DNA from: a virus | IMG/VR virus record: IMGVR_UViG_3300005528_000059 | Span: 5,409-69,408 of that record | DNA length: 64,000 nt | Direction: 5' to 3' (one strand) | Part shown: positions 46,597 through 54,895 of the stretch, piece after piece | Layout of the letters: every line of letters begins with the position of its first letter | How positions within the stretch are numbered: the stretch's first letter is position 1 | Translations under genes and position numbers: made by a program | Notes under the pieces: generated by a model | Seen by the model: the letters and a program-made list of their open reading frames with translations, nothing else | Databases searched by the model: none | What the model was told of the DNA's origin: nothing

Positions 46597-46986
46597 ATGA
46601 ACGTTGAGAACTTCAAGTTAGTTCGTGAGCACGTCGCACTTAACGAAGAATTTCACATGGAAAACATGCGCACAGAGTGTGGAACTCCTGCTTGTGTTAT
46701 GGGAAGTGCTGAAGCGATTATTCGCAGCCTGTATGAGTCTGGAGCGCTCTCAGAAGGAAAATCGCCTTTATATCCTTGTGGGAGATACGTCGATCAAATC
46801 TTCATGCGTGAGTGGCTAGGTGTGGACTCTGTTGAGTTTGATCAAATTTTTCTTGGTAATTTCTCCAGGAACTATCTTAGCAATATTCGCAAGGCAGAAG
46901 TTCTTGCTTACCTTGATTTATGTATCGAGCGTGGCGAAATCGTTTTTGACGAGTTCGAATGGCCTCGTGTTTTGTGGGGAGATTAG
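46597..46986 (+). CDS. CGxxAC-motif protein, paralogue 1
   Basis: MNVENFKLVREHVA..F.M..CGTPACVMGSAEAII..WL..AE..A.LD.CIE. Confidence 0.7.
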   Translation: MNVENFKLVREHVALNEEFHMENMRTECGTPACVMGSAEAIIRSLYESGALSEGKSPLYPCGRYVDQIFMREWLGVDSVEFDQIFLGNFSRNYLSNIRKAEVLAYLDLCIERGEIVFDEFEWPRVLWGD

Positions 46987-46987
46987 T

Positions 46988-47380
46988 ATGAATATCGAGA
47001 ACTTCAAATTGCTTCGCGATCATGTTGCGGCAAATAGCAAATTCAGTATGAATTCGATAACGCATCGGTGTGGTTCTGCAGCCTGTATCATGGGTAGTGC
47101 TGAAGCGATTATTCTGTCACAGACAGAGAATCCTCGTATTAGCGAGTTTACTTTCCATGATGTAAATGGTCGCTTGCGCGTTTGTTCATACTATATTCGT
47201 TCTAAGTGGCTAGATATCAGTTTTGCTGAGTACGATCATATTTATATGGGAAATTTCTCTATTTACCCAAGTATGGATCAAATTACTCAAGCTGAGGCTG
47301 TAGCATTCTTGGATATGTGCATCGAATCTGAGCATGTGTTCTTAGGCCAAGTAGTTTTCGTTCCGGAGGAAATGCTATGA
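46988..47380 (+). CDS. CGxxAC-motif protein, paralogue 2
   Basis: MNIENFKLLRDHVA..CGSAACIMGSAEAII; start moved to ATG 46988. Confidence 0.7.
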   Translation: MNIENFKLLRDHVAANSKFSMNSITHRCGSAACIMGSAEAIILSQTENPRISEFTFHDVNGRLRVCSYYIRSKWLDISFAEYDHIYMGNFSIYPSMDQITQAEAVAFLDMCIESEHVFLGQVVFVPEEML

Positions 47381-47730
47381 AGAAAGAAAATTGGCAGCAA
47401 CTTTATGACGACGTAGCAGACAATCAAGATTTTAACATGATAGATTTTCTCCACCCGTGCGGAACCGCTGCCTGTCTTCTTGGACATGTTGCTACACTTA
47501 TGATACCTAGCACAGAATCTCAAGATGAGGAAGAGCTGCTTAAAAAACGTGAAAAGTTAATCCGCACTGGTGATCAGGAAATGGCCGATTGGTTAGGTAT
47601 CACTTTAAATCAGCTTCCTGAATTTTACGTTGGCTCCTGGGCAGGAAAAGGCATAAGCTGCATCACGAAAGAGGATGCGTTGTATTGGCTCAACGAGTGT
47701 CTTGAAAAAGGCGAAGTAACTCGTATTTAA
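47377..47730 (+). CDS. CGxxAC-motif protein, paralogue 3
   Basis: MKKENWQQLYDDVA..FNM..CGTAACLLGH..WLGI..L.ECLE.GE. Confidence 0.7.
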   Translation: MKKENWQQLYDDVADNQDFNMIDFLHPCGTAACLLGHVATLMIPSTESQDEEELLKKREKLIRTGDQEMADWLGITLNQLPEFYVGSWAGKGISCITKEDALYWLNECLEKGEVTRI

Positions 47731-47759
47731 TGTTCTGAGCGGGTGCTTAGGCGTTTTGG

Positions 47760-47870
47760 CACCCAAGCGCACAATTTGGACGTTTTAGGAGCCACGGGGC
47801 AAGCCAAGGGAGGCACTCTTGCGGGTAGGGTGCTAGGGTTATGCCCTAGGTTAAACCGCCCGCTGGCGAG
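47760..47870 (-). repeat. Dispersed element copy H
   Basis: Minus strand gggcggtttaacctagggcataaccctagcaccctaccc..ttgccccgtggctcctaaaacgtcca aligns with copies A and G. Confidence 0.75.
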
Positions 47871-47917
47871 CAATTTGTGGCGCTCGTGTATTTTGCATCC
47901 CGTGGAAACAATTAACC

Positions 47918-47945
47918 TTGTGTTGAAGCCTAGACGCTTTAGGGT
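47918..47945 (+). promoter_or_regulatory. Phage promoter
   Basis: TTGTGT-N16-TAGGGT. Confidence 0.6.
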
Positions 47946-47983
47946 TATGGCTTAGGCAGTTATTTGACCGTAGGGGTAAACAC

Positions 47984-48733
47984 ATGGAAAGAAAACTTAG
48001 CAGTGAGAGCTTGAAATTACTATGTCAAGCTTCTTTTTCCTGTAGGGAAGAAATGCAGCATTTGAACGATAAGAATATGGCACTGCGTCAGCATAGTGCT
48101 GAGATAGCAAGTAACTTAGAAAAATACCAAACATCGCTAGCTGCGGGTGTGAACAGTGACGGTTTTCACTATGTTTATTTTCAAAATTCAACTATCTTTG
48201 ACAAGCCTTCTATGCTTTCGCCTTCTATGTTGTTGTCAACTATCAGCGAGAGTCGCAAGGCGTTGGTTACTAACAGGCTAGAGATCGAAGATAACGAGCG
48301 TCAGATCGATGAGCTCGACCGTCTCATGGAATTGTATGACGAAGATGCAATTGCTTTTGGCATTGTACCGGAGCCCACTTCAGAGGCTTCTGCTGCTGTA
48401 AATGAGTTACTTGCTACAATCGAAAATCCTCTTGGGGATTTGCTCAATATCAAAACGCGCATCCTCGTTAAAGGTATCGCTTGTGATGTGCAGGAAGTTT
48501 TCCTGAAGGTGCAAGAGATCGTAGTTAGTCTTGTCAGTATGGAAAAACAGCAAGTTGAAGCTGATACGTTTCTTCATGACGACGTGGGTATGGACGACTT
48601 AGACTTCGTTGACCTCATACTCCGCCTGCAAGAAGAGTTTGATTGCTGCATTCGCACGGCTGATGTCCATGGCTGGCGAACAGTAGGCGATGTCGTGCGC
48701 ACTGTCATGAACAACTCAAAGGTGGCTCACTAA
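47984..48733 (+). CDS. Coiled-coil protein fused to an acyl-carrier-protein-like domain lacking the phosphopantetheine Ser
   Basis: KVQEIV..V..DTFLHDDVGMDDLDFVDLILRLQEEFD..I......TVGDVV; the DSLD motif reads DDLD. Confidence 0.75.
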   Translation: MERKLSSESLKLLCQASFSCREEMQHLNDKNMALRQHSAEIASNLEKYQTSLAAGVNSDGFHYVYFQNSTIFDKPSMLSPSMLLSTISESRKALVTNRLEIEDNERQIDELDRLMELYDEDAIAFGIVPEPTSEASAAVNELLATIENPLGDLLNIKTRILVKGIACDVQEVFLKVQEIVVSLVSMEKQQVEADTFLHDDVGMDDLDFVDLILRLQEEFDCCIRTADVHGWRTVGDVVRTVMNNSKVAH

Positions 48734-48999
48734 TGTTTAACAAAAAATCTTACTGCTACTTTACGATTCCTGGCACAGATTATCAAGTAGGGGATTCCTT
48801 TGTAACTTCTGAAGCTTTCTCAGGTAAGCGTTTCAAAGTGCGAATCATCGAAGTGTACTACGCAGGAAGTTACTCAGCTATTGAGTGGCCTCTTGAAGGT
48901 CTCAGCTTAGTTTGGTACAAAATCACTAATTTCACGGATAAACTTGCGTATCGAGTTCGTCGTGGATGGTATAAAATTCTAGACAGATGGAGTCTGTAG
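48733..48999 (+). CDS. Hypothetical protein
   Basis: TAATG coupling. Confidence 0.5.
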   Translation: MFNKKSYCYFTIPGTDYQVGDSFVTSEAFSGKRFKVRIIEVYYAGSYSAIEWPLEGLSLVWYKITNFTDKLAYRVRRGWYKILDRWSL

Positions 49000-49290
49000 A
49001 TGAGAGTGTTAGAGCAAAAAGTCTGGTCTGTCCAAGTCACTTGCACGGGTCATGGTAACAACACGAGCGGCTGTGGATCGCTTTTAGAAGTTGAAAAAGA
49101 AGATATTCGCTACTACGCAGGCAAGTCAGGTAACCCCTCTGTGGACGGAACTTTTTTCTATCAGCCTGAAGCAGCAGTCATTCGTTGTCCCTCATGCAGT
49201 GCGTTAACTGATTTATCAGAAGAGCAGCGTCCAGCTGATTGGCGGAGCTGCACGGAGTTCACTGGAGCCTGGAAAAGAAGTGGGCTTTGA
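49000..49290 (+). CDS. Zn-ribbon-like protein
   Basis: C..GCGSLLEV..CPSC. Confidence 0.6.
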   Translation: MRVLEQKVWSVQVTCTGHGNNTSGCGSLLEVEKEDIRYYAGKSGNPSVDGTFFYQPEAAVIRCPSCSALTDLSEEQRPADWRSCTEFTGAWKRSGL

Positions 49291-49291
49291 C

Positions 49292-49690
49292 ATGACAATA
49301 GAAGAGTGGGAAGAATGCCTATCAAATTGGGAAGCTCGTCCTGATGAAGATCGTTATCATTTCCTTTGTGCTCCTGAATACAAGCCTTTCTATGGATATC
49401 TGCTCCCTAACGGCTGCGCTATCACATGTCCACAGTATGGACATATCGGTATCGAGCTTCGTGTAGGAAAAACACAGCGCGAGTTAGAGCTAGAAGGTTG
49501 GGTTAAACTAGCTCAGGGTCCAGCTATTCCGGGAACTGGCACTTTCTTTCTGAAATCCTACTCTATGGCCTACGCCTGCAAAAAATTAACACGTGAACAG
49601 AAAATATGGTTAGATAGCGTAGGCTTCTTTTACGTGGACACTGACGTAGTTGCTTTAGGTGTCGAACGATTCGCTTTTAAACCGGAGTAA
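49292..49690 (+). CDS. Hypothetical protein
   Basis: GYLLPNG....C...GH motif. Confidence 0.55.
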   Translation: MTIEEWEECLSNWEARPDEDRYHFLCAPEYKPFYGYLLPNGCAITCPQYGHIGIELRVGKTQRELELEGWVKLAQGPAIPGTGTFFLKSYSMAYACKKLTREQKIWLDSVGFFYVDTDVVALGVERFAFKPE

Positions 49691-49694
49691 GCAA

Positions 49695-49874
49695 GTGTCA
49701 AAGATTCCTGATTATAGTAAACTGAGCCCTAACCTTTTGGCAAATGTAGACACTCTTTGGCGAGGAGCTGTATGTGCCGCGCTGAACTCACCCGTGTTTG
49801 GCGTAGCCTCTAATCCTGCTAGCTCTGCAGACCAAGTTGTCGAAGAGTACCTCAAACGTTTTTCGGGGCGCTAA
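49695..49874 (+). CDS. Hypothetical protein
   Basis: ggag RBS, GTG 49695. Confidence 0.5.
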   Translation: MSKIPDYSKLSPNLLANVDTLWRGAVCAALNSPVFGVASNPASSADQVVEEYLKRFSGR

Positions 49875-49892
49875 CTACCGATAACAAAGTGC

Positions 49893-49920
49893 TTGTATCT
49901 TGCTGCCGATGGCTTAGGGT
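49893..49920 (+). promoter_or_regulatory. Phage promoter
   Basis: TTGTAT-N16-TAGGGT. Confidence 0.7.
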
Positions 49921-49952
49921 AGTTTTGTAAAGCAACAACACAGAGGCGCAAC

Positions 49953-50267
49953 ATGACCGCACTAATTGACAAATACCCAGCTCTACGCGATGCGTACCTT
50001 GTTCTACAGAGCTGTAACGGTGGGTTATGGGGTGCTCGCACGCCAGAAAATGCGTGTTTGGAAGTTGATGAAGTCATAGTTCGAGCTGATCCCGAGCTTC
50101 TCAATCACATCGATCAATGGCTCCAAACCCTCACGGAGGATGAGCTTATCGATTTTGTCGATGGTGACGAAGACGAAAAAATAGCTTGGCTAAAAACTCA
50201 AAGCTATCCAGCTGACCAAGCCGACAAGTTGTTCGACGATCTTTTTGAAATACCTGACTACGACTAA
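49953..50267 (+). CDS. Highly acidic small protein
   Basis: Promoter and RBS; D/E-rich C-terminal half. Confidence 0.65.
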   Translation: MTALIDKYPALRDAYLVLQSCNGGLWGARTPENACLEVDEVIVRADPELLNHIDQWLQTLTEDELIDFVDGDEDEKIAWLKTQSYPADQADKLFDDLFEIPDYD

Positions 50268-50277
50268 GGAGTTAACT

Positions 50278-50487
50278 ATGCGACAAAGTTCAGTAAATAT
50301 GGCAGCGGGAATGGCTCTAGCAATGATTGGTGTAAATGGTTTGACTCCATCGGGCCGTAAACCGCAGGGTCCGGAGTTTCAGAACCTTCCCAAAACTTCA
50401 AAGCATGTCGATCAGTTTTATCTCAACGCGGCACAAGAAAAGCGCGAGCGTAAGATGGCGAAGCGTGCTTCGCAGTTGCTTAAATGA
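50278..50487 (+). CDS. Small basic protein
   Basis: taaggag RBS; AAQEKRERK.AKR. Confidence 0.6.
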   Translation: MRQSSVNMAAGMALAMIGVNGLTPSGRKPQGPEFQNLPKTSKHVDQFYLNAAQEKRERKMAKRASQLLK

Positions 50488-50690
50488 CTAGGGCAGAGTT
50501 GAGGGCGTGCGGTCCGTTTTGGATGGACTTTTCTCACGAGAAAAATATGTACGGAGTAGAGTGTAGCAATCCTCCAAATGGAGGGCACTACATTCTTTTT
50601 GTACCCAATGATGAGGATGGTAGTATTTCTACTGAGATCGCCAACATCCTCAACTCAGCTTTGAATTTTCCACGAGGCACAGGCCGATGA
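50484..50690 (+). CDS. Hypothetical protein
   Basis: ATGA coupling. Confidence 0.5.
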   Translation: MTRAELRACGPFWMDFSHEKNMYGVECSNPPNGGHYILFVPNDEDGSISTEIANILNSALNFPRGTGR

Positions 50691-51010
50691 GCATACGACA
50701 TCACAGCGCGTTCATTGATTATTTTGAAAAGAATACTGACACTCACAATGTCGTAGCTTTCTTAGCAGATAATCCTTTTCCTCGGAACATTTTGCTGGGC
50801 TTGGAAGATAAGTTCAAAGTGCAGTTTTGCCAGAGTGATGACAAAGACCTTGAGCTATATGGCTACAATGCAATCGGCTATCTTTTCGCCAAGGCTAATG
50901 AGTTTGGGCCTCATCCAGCTTCACACGATGTCACCAAGGCTATGCTGCTTCAGTTCTACTACGGTAGCGAAGGTGGTGAGTTCTCAATCTACGTTTTAGT
51001 ATATCGTTAG
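50687..51010 (+). CDS. Hypothetical protein
   Basis: ATGA coupling. Confidence 0.55.
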   Translation: MSIRHHSAFIDYFEKNTDTHNVVAFLADNPFPRNILLGLEDKFKVQFCQSDDKDLELYGYNAIGYLFAKANEFGPHPASHDVTKAMLLQFYYGSEGGEFSIYVLVYR

Positions 51011-51019
51011 GAGCAAGCG

Positions 51020-51475
51020 ATGAACCTTAATTTAGAAGCTGGCGATTATCTTATTTGCTCTAGTCAGGAATACAATGAGCAACTTGAGCTCGTTCAGTTA
51101 GGTAGGCATCCTACCTACACAGATATTCAAATCTGTGACTTCCATGGTGAAAACGAGCTTAAAGTGTTTGTTACTTATAAGACACCTTTTATGCTTCCAG
51201 ACTCGCCGCCTGTTCCTCTTCAAAACTACAGGTGGTGTGGGACTACTTCCGAAGAGTTACTAAAAACAGCTTGTGAAGCGTACGACCAAGCTTCAGGCGG
51301 TGGTCACGAAAACGTGGACGACATTCGCATGAAAGCCGCTCTTGAAGCTGTGCTAGAAAAGTTAGCCCCTGAGTTTCACCAAGCCGATAACTTCGAAGCG
51401 GACGATAAACTTGTCGATGAGTTCGTAGCTAACTGGATTCTAAGAAACGAGGCTAAGCATGGCAGAGGACTATAA
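51020..51475 (+). CDS. Hypothetical protein
   Basis: aggag RBS. Confidence 0.6.
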   Translation: MNLNLEAGDYLICSSQEYNEQLELVQLGRHPTYTDIQICDFHGENELKVFVTYKTPFMLPDSPPVPLQNYRWCGTTSEELLKTACEAYDQASGGGHENVDDIRMKAALEAVLEKLAPEFHQADNFEADDKLVDEFVANWILRNEAKHGRGL

Positions 51476-51863
51476 GTATAGCGGCAAAGTCATAGGCGGC
51501 TCCATGGATGGTCGCACTGTGTCTAAGAATGACCCTCCGACCTTTAAGAAATTTATCTTTGCTCGCCATCGAGGCAGCAGTAAAAGATTTTTTGAAGTCT
51601 ACCATTGGGTTTCTTCTAAAGGTACTCCAGCGTGGCGCTATTCCCATGATGAGCCTGATACTCGAATCCCTGAGCCAGATCACGATTGGGCGGCTATCGA
51701 GCAGATGCAGATAGACATTCAGTATCTCAAACAACGACTAGCGCGTGCTGAAGATGTGATTCGCAATATGTATCACAACACTGAGTTAGTTCCGCTGGCC
51801 GATCTTATCGAATACAAGCAAGACTATAATTTTGACTTGGGGAAGCCTGATGACAAAACGTAG
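51459..51863 (+). CDS. Hypothetical protein
   Basis: gagg RBS; IGG.MDG motif. Confidence 0.55.
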   Translation: MAEDYKYSGKVIGGSMDGRTVSKNDPPTFKKFIFARHRGSSKRFFEVYHWVSSKGTPAWRYSHDEPDTRIPEPDHDWAAIEQMQIDIQYLKQRLARAEDVIRNMYHNTELVPLADLIEYKQDYNFDLGKPDDKT

Positions 51864-52062
51864 GCTATACACTCACTATATGCTGACGCAAGATGTTGTT
51901 ATTCCGAAAGGAACAATTCTGCGAGTAGCGCCTAGTGAACTCGGCGGCCCTAGTCATGTGTGCGCTCCTGTCACATTAGGCAAAGACTTCTCTGGTGACT
52001 TCGTTGTGCAAGTTCACAAAGACGCCATGGATAGTGGCTTCTTTCAAGCTTCTTTGGTGTAG
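51850..52062 (+). CDS. Hypothetical protein
   Basis: L..DVVIP.GT.L..AP motif. Confidence 0.55.
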   Translation: MTKRRLYTHYMLTQDVVIPKGTILRVAPSELGGPSHVCAPVTLGKDFSGDFVVQVHKDAMDSGFFQASLV

Positions 52063-52066
52063 GGAA

Positions 52067-52279
52067 ATGCTCGATTATCAGAAAGAGTATTTATGGGAGA
52101 ACTGGTCGATGGATAAGCTAGCGGCAGAGAAAACTCTTATGGATAAAGGCCCAGAGTTCACTAACGTTTGCTCTATAGAAATTAGTCAGTATCTTCCTAA
52201 TGGTGAAGTTCAAGTCTTCGTGACTAGGCGCTATTGGACTCGCACACGCGAACCGTTGAATCAAGAGGTGTATCGATGA
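52067..52279 (+). CDS. Hypothetical protein
   Basis: In operon; ATG 52067. Confidence 0.5.
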   Translation: MLDYQKEYLWENWSMDKLAAEKTLMDKGPEFTNVCSIEISQYLPNGEVQVFVTRRYWTRTREPLNQEVYR

Positions 52280-52557
52280 AAACTATCGGCATTGTTATTG
52301 ACGACTGGAAGCTTTCCATATTCAAACACCACCTTACCGAAGCTGGATATAAATTCACCTTTCATAAAGGTATCAGTTTCGGTACGTTGATACTTAGAGT
52401 GCAAGCTAGATTCGCCTCAGATATAGCGTCCGCTGTTCAAGCAGCTGATGCTGAATGCGCTAGTATCAAGAATAAACAAACTTTGATACGTGCCTGTATT
52501 CGTCAATCCAAAGCCTTAGGAGCGTTTGCGTTCAGAGCGCAGATGAAAAAGCCATGA
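52276..52557 (+). CDS. Hypothetical phage protein
   Basis: gaggtg RBS; IVIDDWKL.IF..HL..AGY. Confidence 0.6.
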   Translation: MKTIGIVIDDWKLSIFKHHLTEAGYKFTFHKGISFGTLILRVQARFASDIASAVQAADAECASIKNKQTLIRACIRQSKALGAFAFRAQMKKP

Positions 52558-52706
52558 TGGAAACTTTTGCAGTTTTTGCCTCTATCGTTAGTGTTTTAGT
52601 TGCTATCGTTTCGATCCGGATTTCTTGGCGCACAAGCCAAGAGCTCATCCAAATGTTGGAAGATCAAGTTAACGATATGTTAAAGGATCATACTAAAGAT
52701 GACTGA
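52554..52706 (+). CDS. Small membrane protein (not in the ORF track)
   Basis: ATGA coupling; MMETFAVFASIVSVLVAIVSIR. Confidence 0.45.
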   Translation: MMETFAVFASIVSVLVAIVSIRISWRTSQELIQMLEDQVNDMLKDHTKDD

Positions 52707-52842
52707 GCAACCTGTTAAAGAACCACAGGAATTCTGCCCTACGCCACGTGAGCCTCAGTGTTGTCAGCAGCCTGTTGTTCTGGGCAACGCAGGTTTCATT
52801 GTTTGGCGGTGTGAGCACTGTGGCTCGGAGTCTTGGACATGA
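52699..52842 (+). CDS. Small Zn-ribbon peptide (not in the ORF track)
   Basis: aagga RBS; PQCC..WRCEHCG. Confidence 0.45.
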   Translation: MTEQPVKEPQEFCPTPREPQCCQQPVVLGNAGFIVWRCEHCGSESWT

Positions 52843-53120
52843 ACGACGAAGAGATTTTCATTCGAGAGCGTGATAGACTTAATCGCCTAACCGGCCATGA
52901 GCCAGATGCTTTTCTTAGGGAGCGTCAGCATGAGGAGCTGATCAAGCTCAAGCGTCAGAACGAAAAGTTGAAAGAAGCACTTCTTGGTCTGCTTTCGCGT
53001 CTTAGTCTAACTATTCGCGGTAAACAAGCGAAACGTTACTATGTTCACGACTGGCATATAGACGACTTCGCAAGAGAAGTTCGTAACGCTAAAAAACTCC
53101 TAGAAGGAATTAAGAAATGA
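52839..53120 (+). CDS. Hypothetical coiled-coil protein
   Basis: ggag RBS. Confidence 0.55.
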   Translation: MNDEEIFIRERDRLNRLTGHEPDAFLRERQHEELIKLKRQNEKLKEALLGLLSRLSLTIRGKQAKRYYVHDWHIDDFAREVRNAKKLLEGIKK

Positions 53121-53380
53121 GTGATCAAGAAATCATTTCTGGCTTAGCTTTCGTTGGTGCGATGACAGTAGGTGTCGGATCACTTTTCGCACTGGTAGGT
53201 ATATTTACCTGGATTCGCGAGCAGTGGGGTCTTCATGTCTCTAAATCACTAGCCGTTGAGAGGTTGAGCAAGCAAGTAAATGACCTCGGTCTAGAAAACA
53301 TTCGCTTGAAATACGAGCTTGCAGAACACAAACGTCTTTTTGGTGTCTCGAGTGCAGTTAAGGATAAAACAGATGAGTGA
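53117..53380 (+). CDS. TM plus coiled-coil protein
   Basis: N-terminal TM; ATGA coupling. Confidence 0.55.
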   Translation: MSDQEIISGLAFVGAMTVGVGSLFALVGIFTWIREQWGLHVSKSLAVERLSKQVNDLGLENIRLKYELAEHKRLFGVSSAVKDKTDE

Positions 53381-53543
53381 CGATAAAAAGCTAATTGACG
53401 ATCTATTAGTTGCTGCTGACAAAGTTGTAGCTTATGCTGACATGAATTGTCGTGACGAAGAGAACCACGAGATTCCAGCTGAGTTTCTAGAACTCTGGAA
53501 AGCTGTCAACTCTGTTAAGGGCGCTAGGTATGACCGAAGATGA
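53373..53543 (+). CDS. Hypothetical protein
   Basis: taagga RBS. Confidence 0.5.
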   Translation: MSDDKKLIDDLLVAADKVVAYADMNCRDEENHEIPAEFLELWKAVNSVKGARYDRR

Positions 53544-53808
53544 TTTAGAAATAGTTCGTTTACGAGAGCAGATTTACTCGCTTCAGAGTAGGATAACAGC
53601 TATGTCTGCTGAGATGCGTTTGCTCAAATCCGACAATAGAAATCTTGCACATACTAATGTTGAGTTCGCTAGTAGTCTTGGCAGTGCTCTTGAGATTATC
53701 GAGATTTTACGCAACGACAAACTAAGTTTAGAAGAAGACATCGCTATGCTTGAAGACGAGCTTGGCGGACTGCAGAATAATTCTTATTCTAACCTTGCGG
53801 GGAATTGA
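53530..53808 (+). CDS. Coiled-coil protein
   Basis: Heptad pattern. Confidence 0.55.
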   Translation: MTEDDLEIVRLREQIYSLQSRITAMSAEMRLLKSDNRNLAHTNVEFASSLGSALEIIEILRNDKLSLEEDIAMLEDELGGLQNNSYSNLAGN

Positions 53809-53809
53809 G

Positions 53810-54289
53810 ATGTTACAGCGAGTTGAATTCACAAAGGAAAACCTTCAGCGGTGGGCAGACTGCACTCAGCCTGGAGACGAGCAGTCCATGTCTCCAGAAG
53901 GTTGGGCCATTCGAGTGTTTGATTTCGCTGAAGCTAAGGTTAATGCTCCACGCCTCGCACGGACTCTTTTAGAGGCTCAGCAGACTATTGACAATTTGAC
54001 CAAAGAGAACCAGAGGCTTGAAGCTAAGGTTGAGTATCAGTATGATGAGCTTGCCCGTATTCAAGGTTTCTATAAATGTTTGCGTGAGTTACCAGAGATT
54101 TGTGATTATCAGACTGCTATCTTTCTGTATCTTCACGTTGCCATAAATCATCCTCGTGCTATGGAATTCTGGGAGATTGGTGCTGAACTGCGACGAGCGC
54201 ATGGCTATGAAAAAATAGCTACTAAAGCAGAAGAAACAGGCCAAGGTGTCTGGCACACAATACGGAAGGCTCTGAAAGATGAGAAGTGA
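53810..54289 (+). CDS. Hypothetical protein
   Basis: In operon; ATG 53810. Confidence 0.55.
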   Translation: MLQRVEFTKENLQRWADCTQPGDEQSMSPEGWAIRVFDFAEAKVNAPRLARTLLEAQQTIDNLTKENQRLEAKVEYQYDELARIQGFYKCLRELPEICDYQTAIFLYLHVAINHPRAMEFWEIGAELRRAHGYEKIATKAEETGQGVWHTIRKALKDEK

Positions 54290-54602
54290 TTTCGAGATCA
54301 CAGATAGAATTCTTGATCGAGCTATCGTAGCTTATGAGTTGATTAATGATTCACCGCATGGTGTCAAACGAGCTCCTATGTCTGCCGCTCTAGATTCAGC
54401 TATATATGATAGTGGTTTAGTTCAGGAAGTTCTTAACCTGCGTGAAGCCTTAGAGTTTTATGCTGATCCAAACGCTTGGAATCAACCACCTGTTAAGACG
54501 AAGCAAGGTTGGTTTACTGTGGAATATGAGAACCAAGCATCGAAGATGCAGGTTGACCGTGGCAAACGTGCTCGTGAAGCTCTTAAGGAGAGTGTGCTAT
54601 GA
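54279..54602 (+). CDS. Hypothetical phage protein
   Basis: LREALEFYAD..D.G.RAREAL motif. Confidence 0.6.
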   Translation: MRSDFEITDRILDRAIVAYELINDSPHGVKRAPMSAALDSAIYDSGLVQEVLNLREALEFYADPNAWNQPPVKTKQGWFTVEYENQASKMQVDRGKRAREALKESVL

Positions 54603-54895
54603 ATAGCGAAAAAGATTATTGGGCGATGTTCGCTGCTGCGGGGATTACTGCGGGGTGGACTGAACGTGCTTCAGCCGAGACGGCTGATAGTATGGTATGT
54701 TCTATGGCTGAGCGCTATGGGCCTCTGGACGACAAGTCTGAGGACGTAGCTGCACTTCAGGAAGAAGTTGCTCGCCTTCGGTTAGCTTTGTTCAAATATG
54801 GCATGGCTGACGCCATGGAAGAGGCTCCACCTGAGTTACAGAATACAATCCAAAGAGCAATTGACATAAGTAGAAAGAAGCTGGGCTATGAGTAG
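54599..54895 (+). CDS. Hypothetical protein
   Basis: aaggag RBS; ATGA coupling. Confidence 0.55.
   Translation: MNSEKDYWAMFAAAGITAGWTERASAETADSMVCSMAERYGPLDDKSEDVAALQEEVARLRLALFKYGMADAMEEAPPELQNTIQRAIDISRKKLGYE

Noticed and set aside
47743-47955. ORF-track 70-aa ORF, and similarly 57333-57608(-) and 27455-27640(-)
   Set aside because: They lie across the dispersed element or promoter, lack an RBS and have atypical composition.
48490-48733. Functional acyl carrier protein as an auxiliary metabolic gene
   Set aside because: The phosphopantetheine-accepting Ser is Asp and the domain is fused to an unrelated coiled coil.
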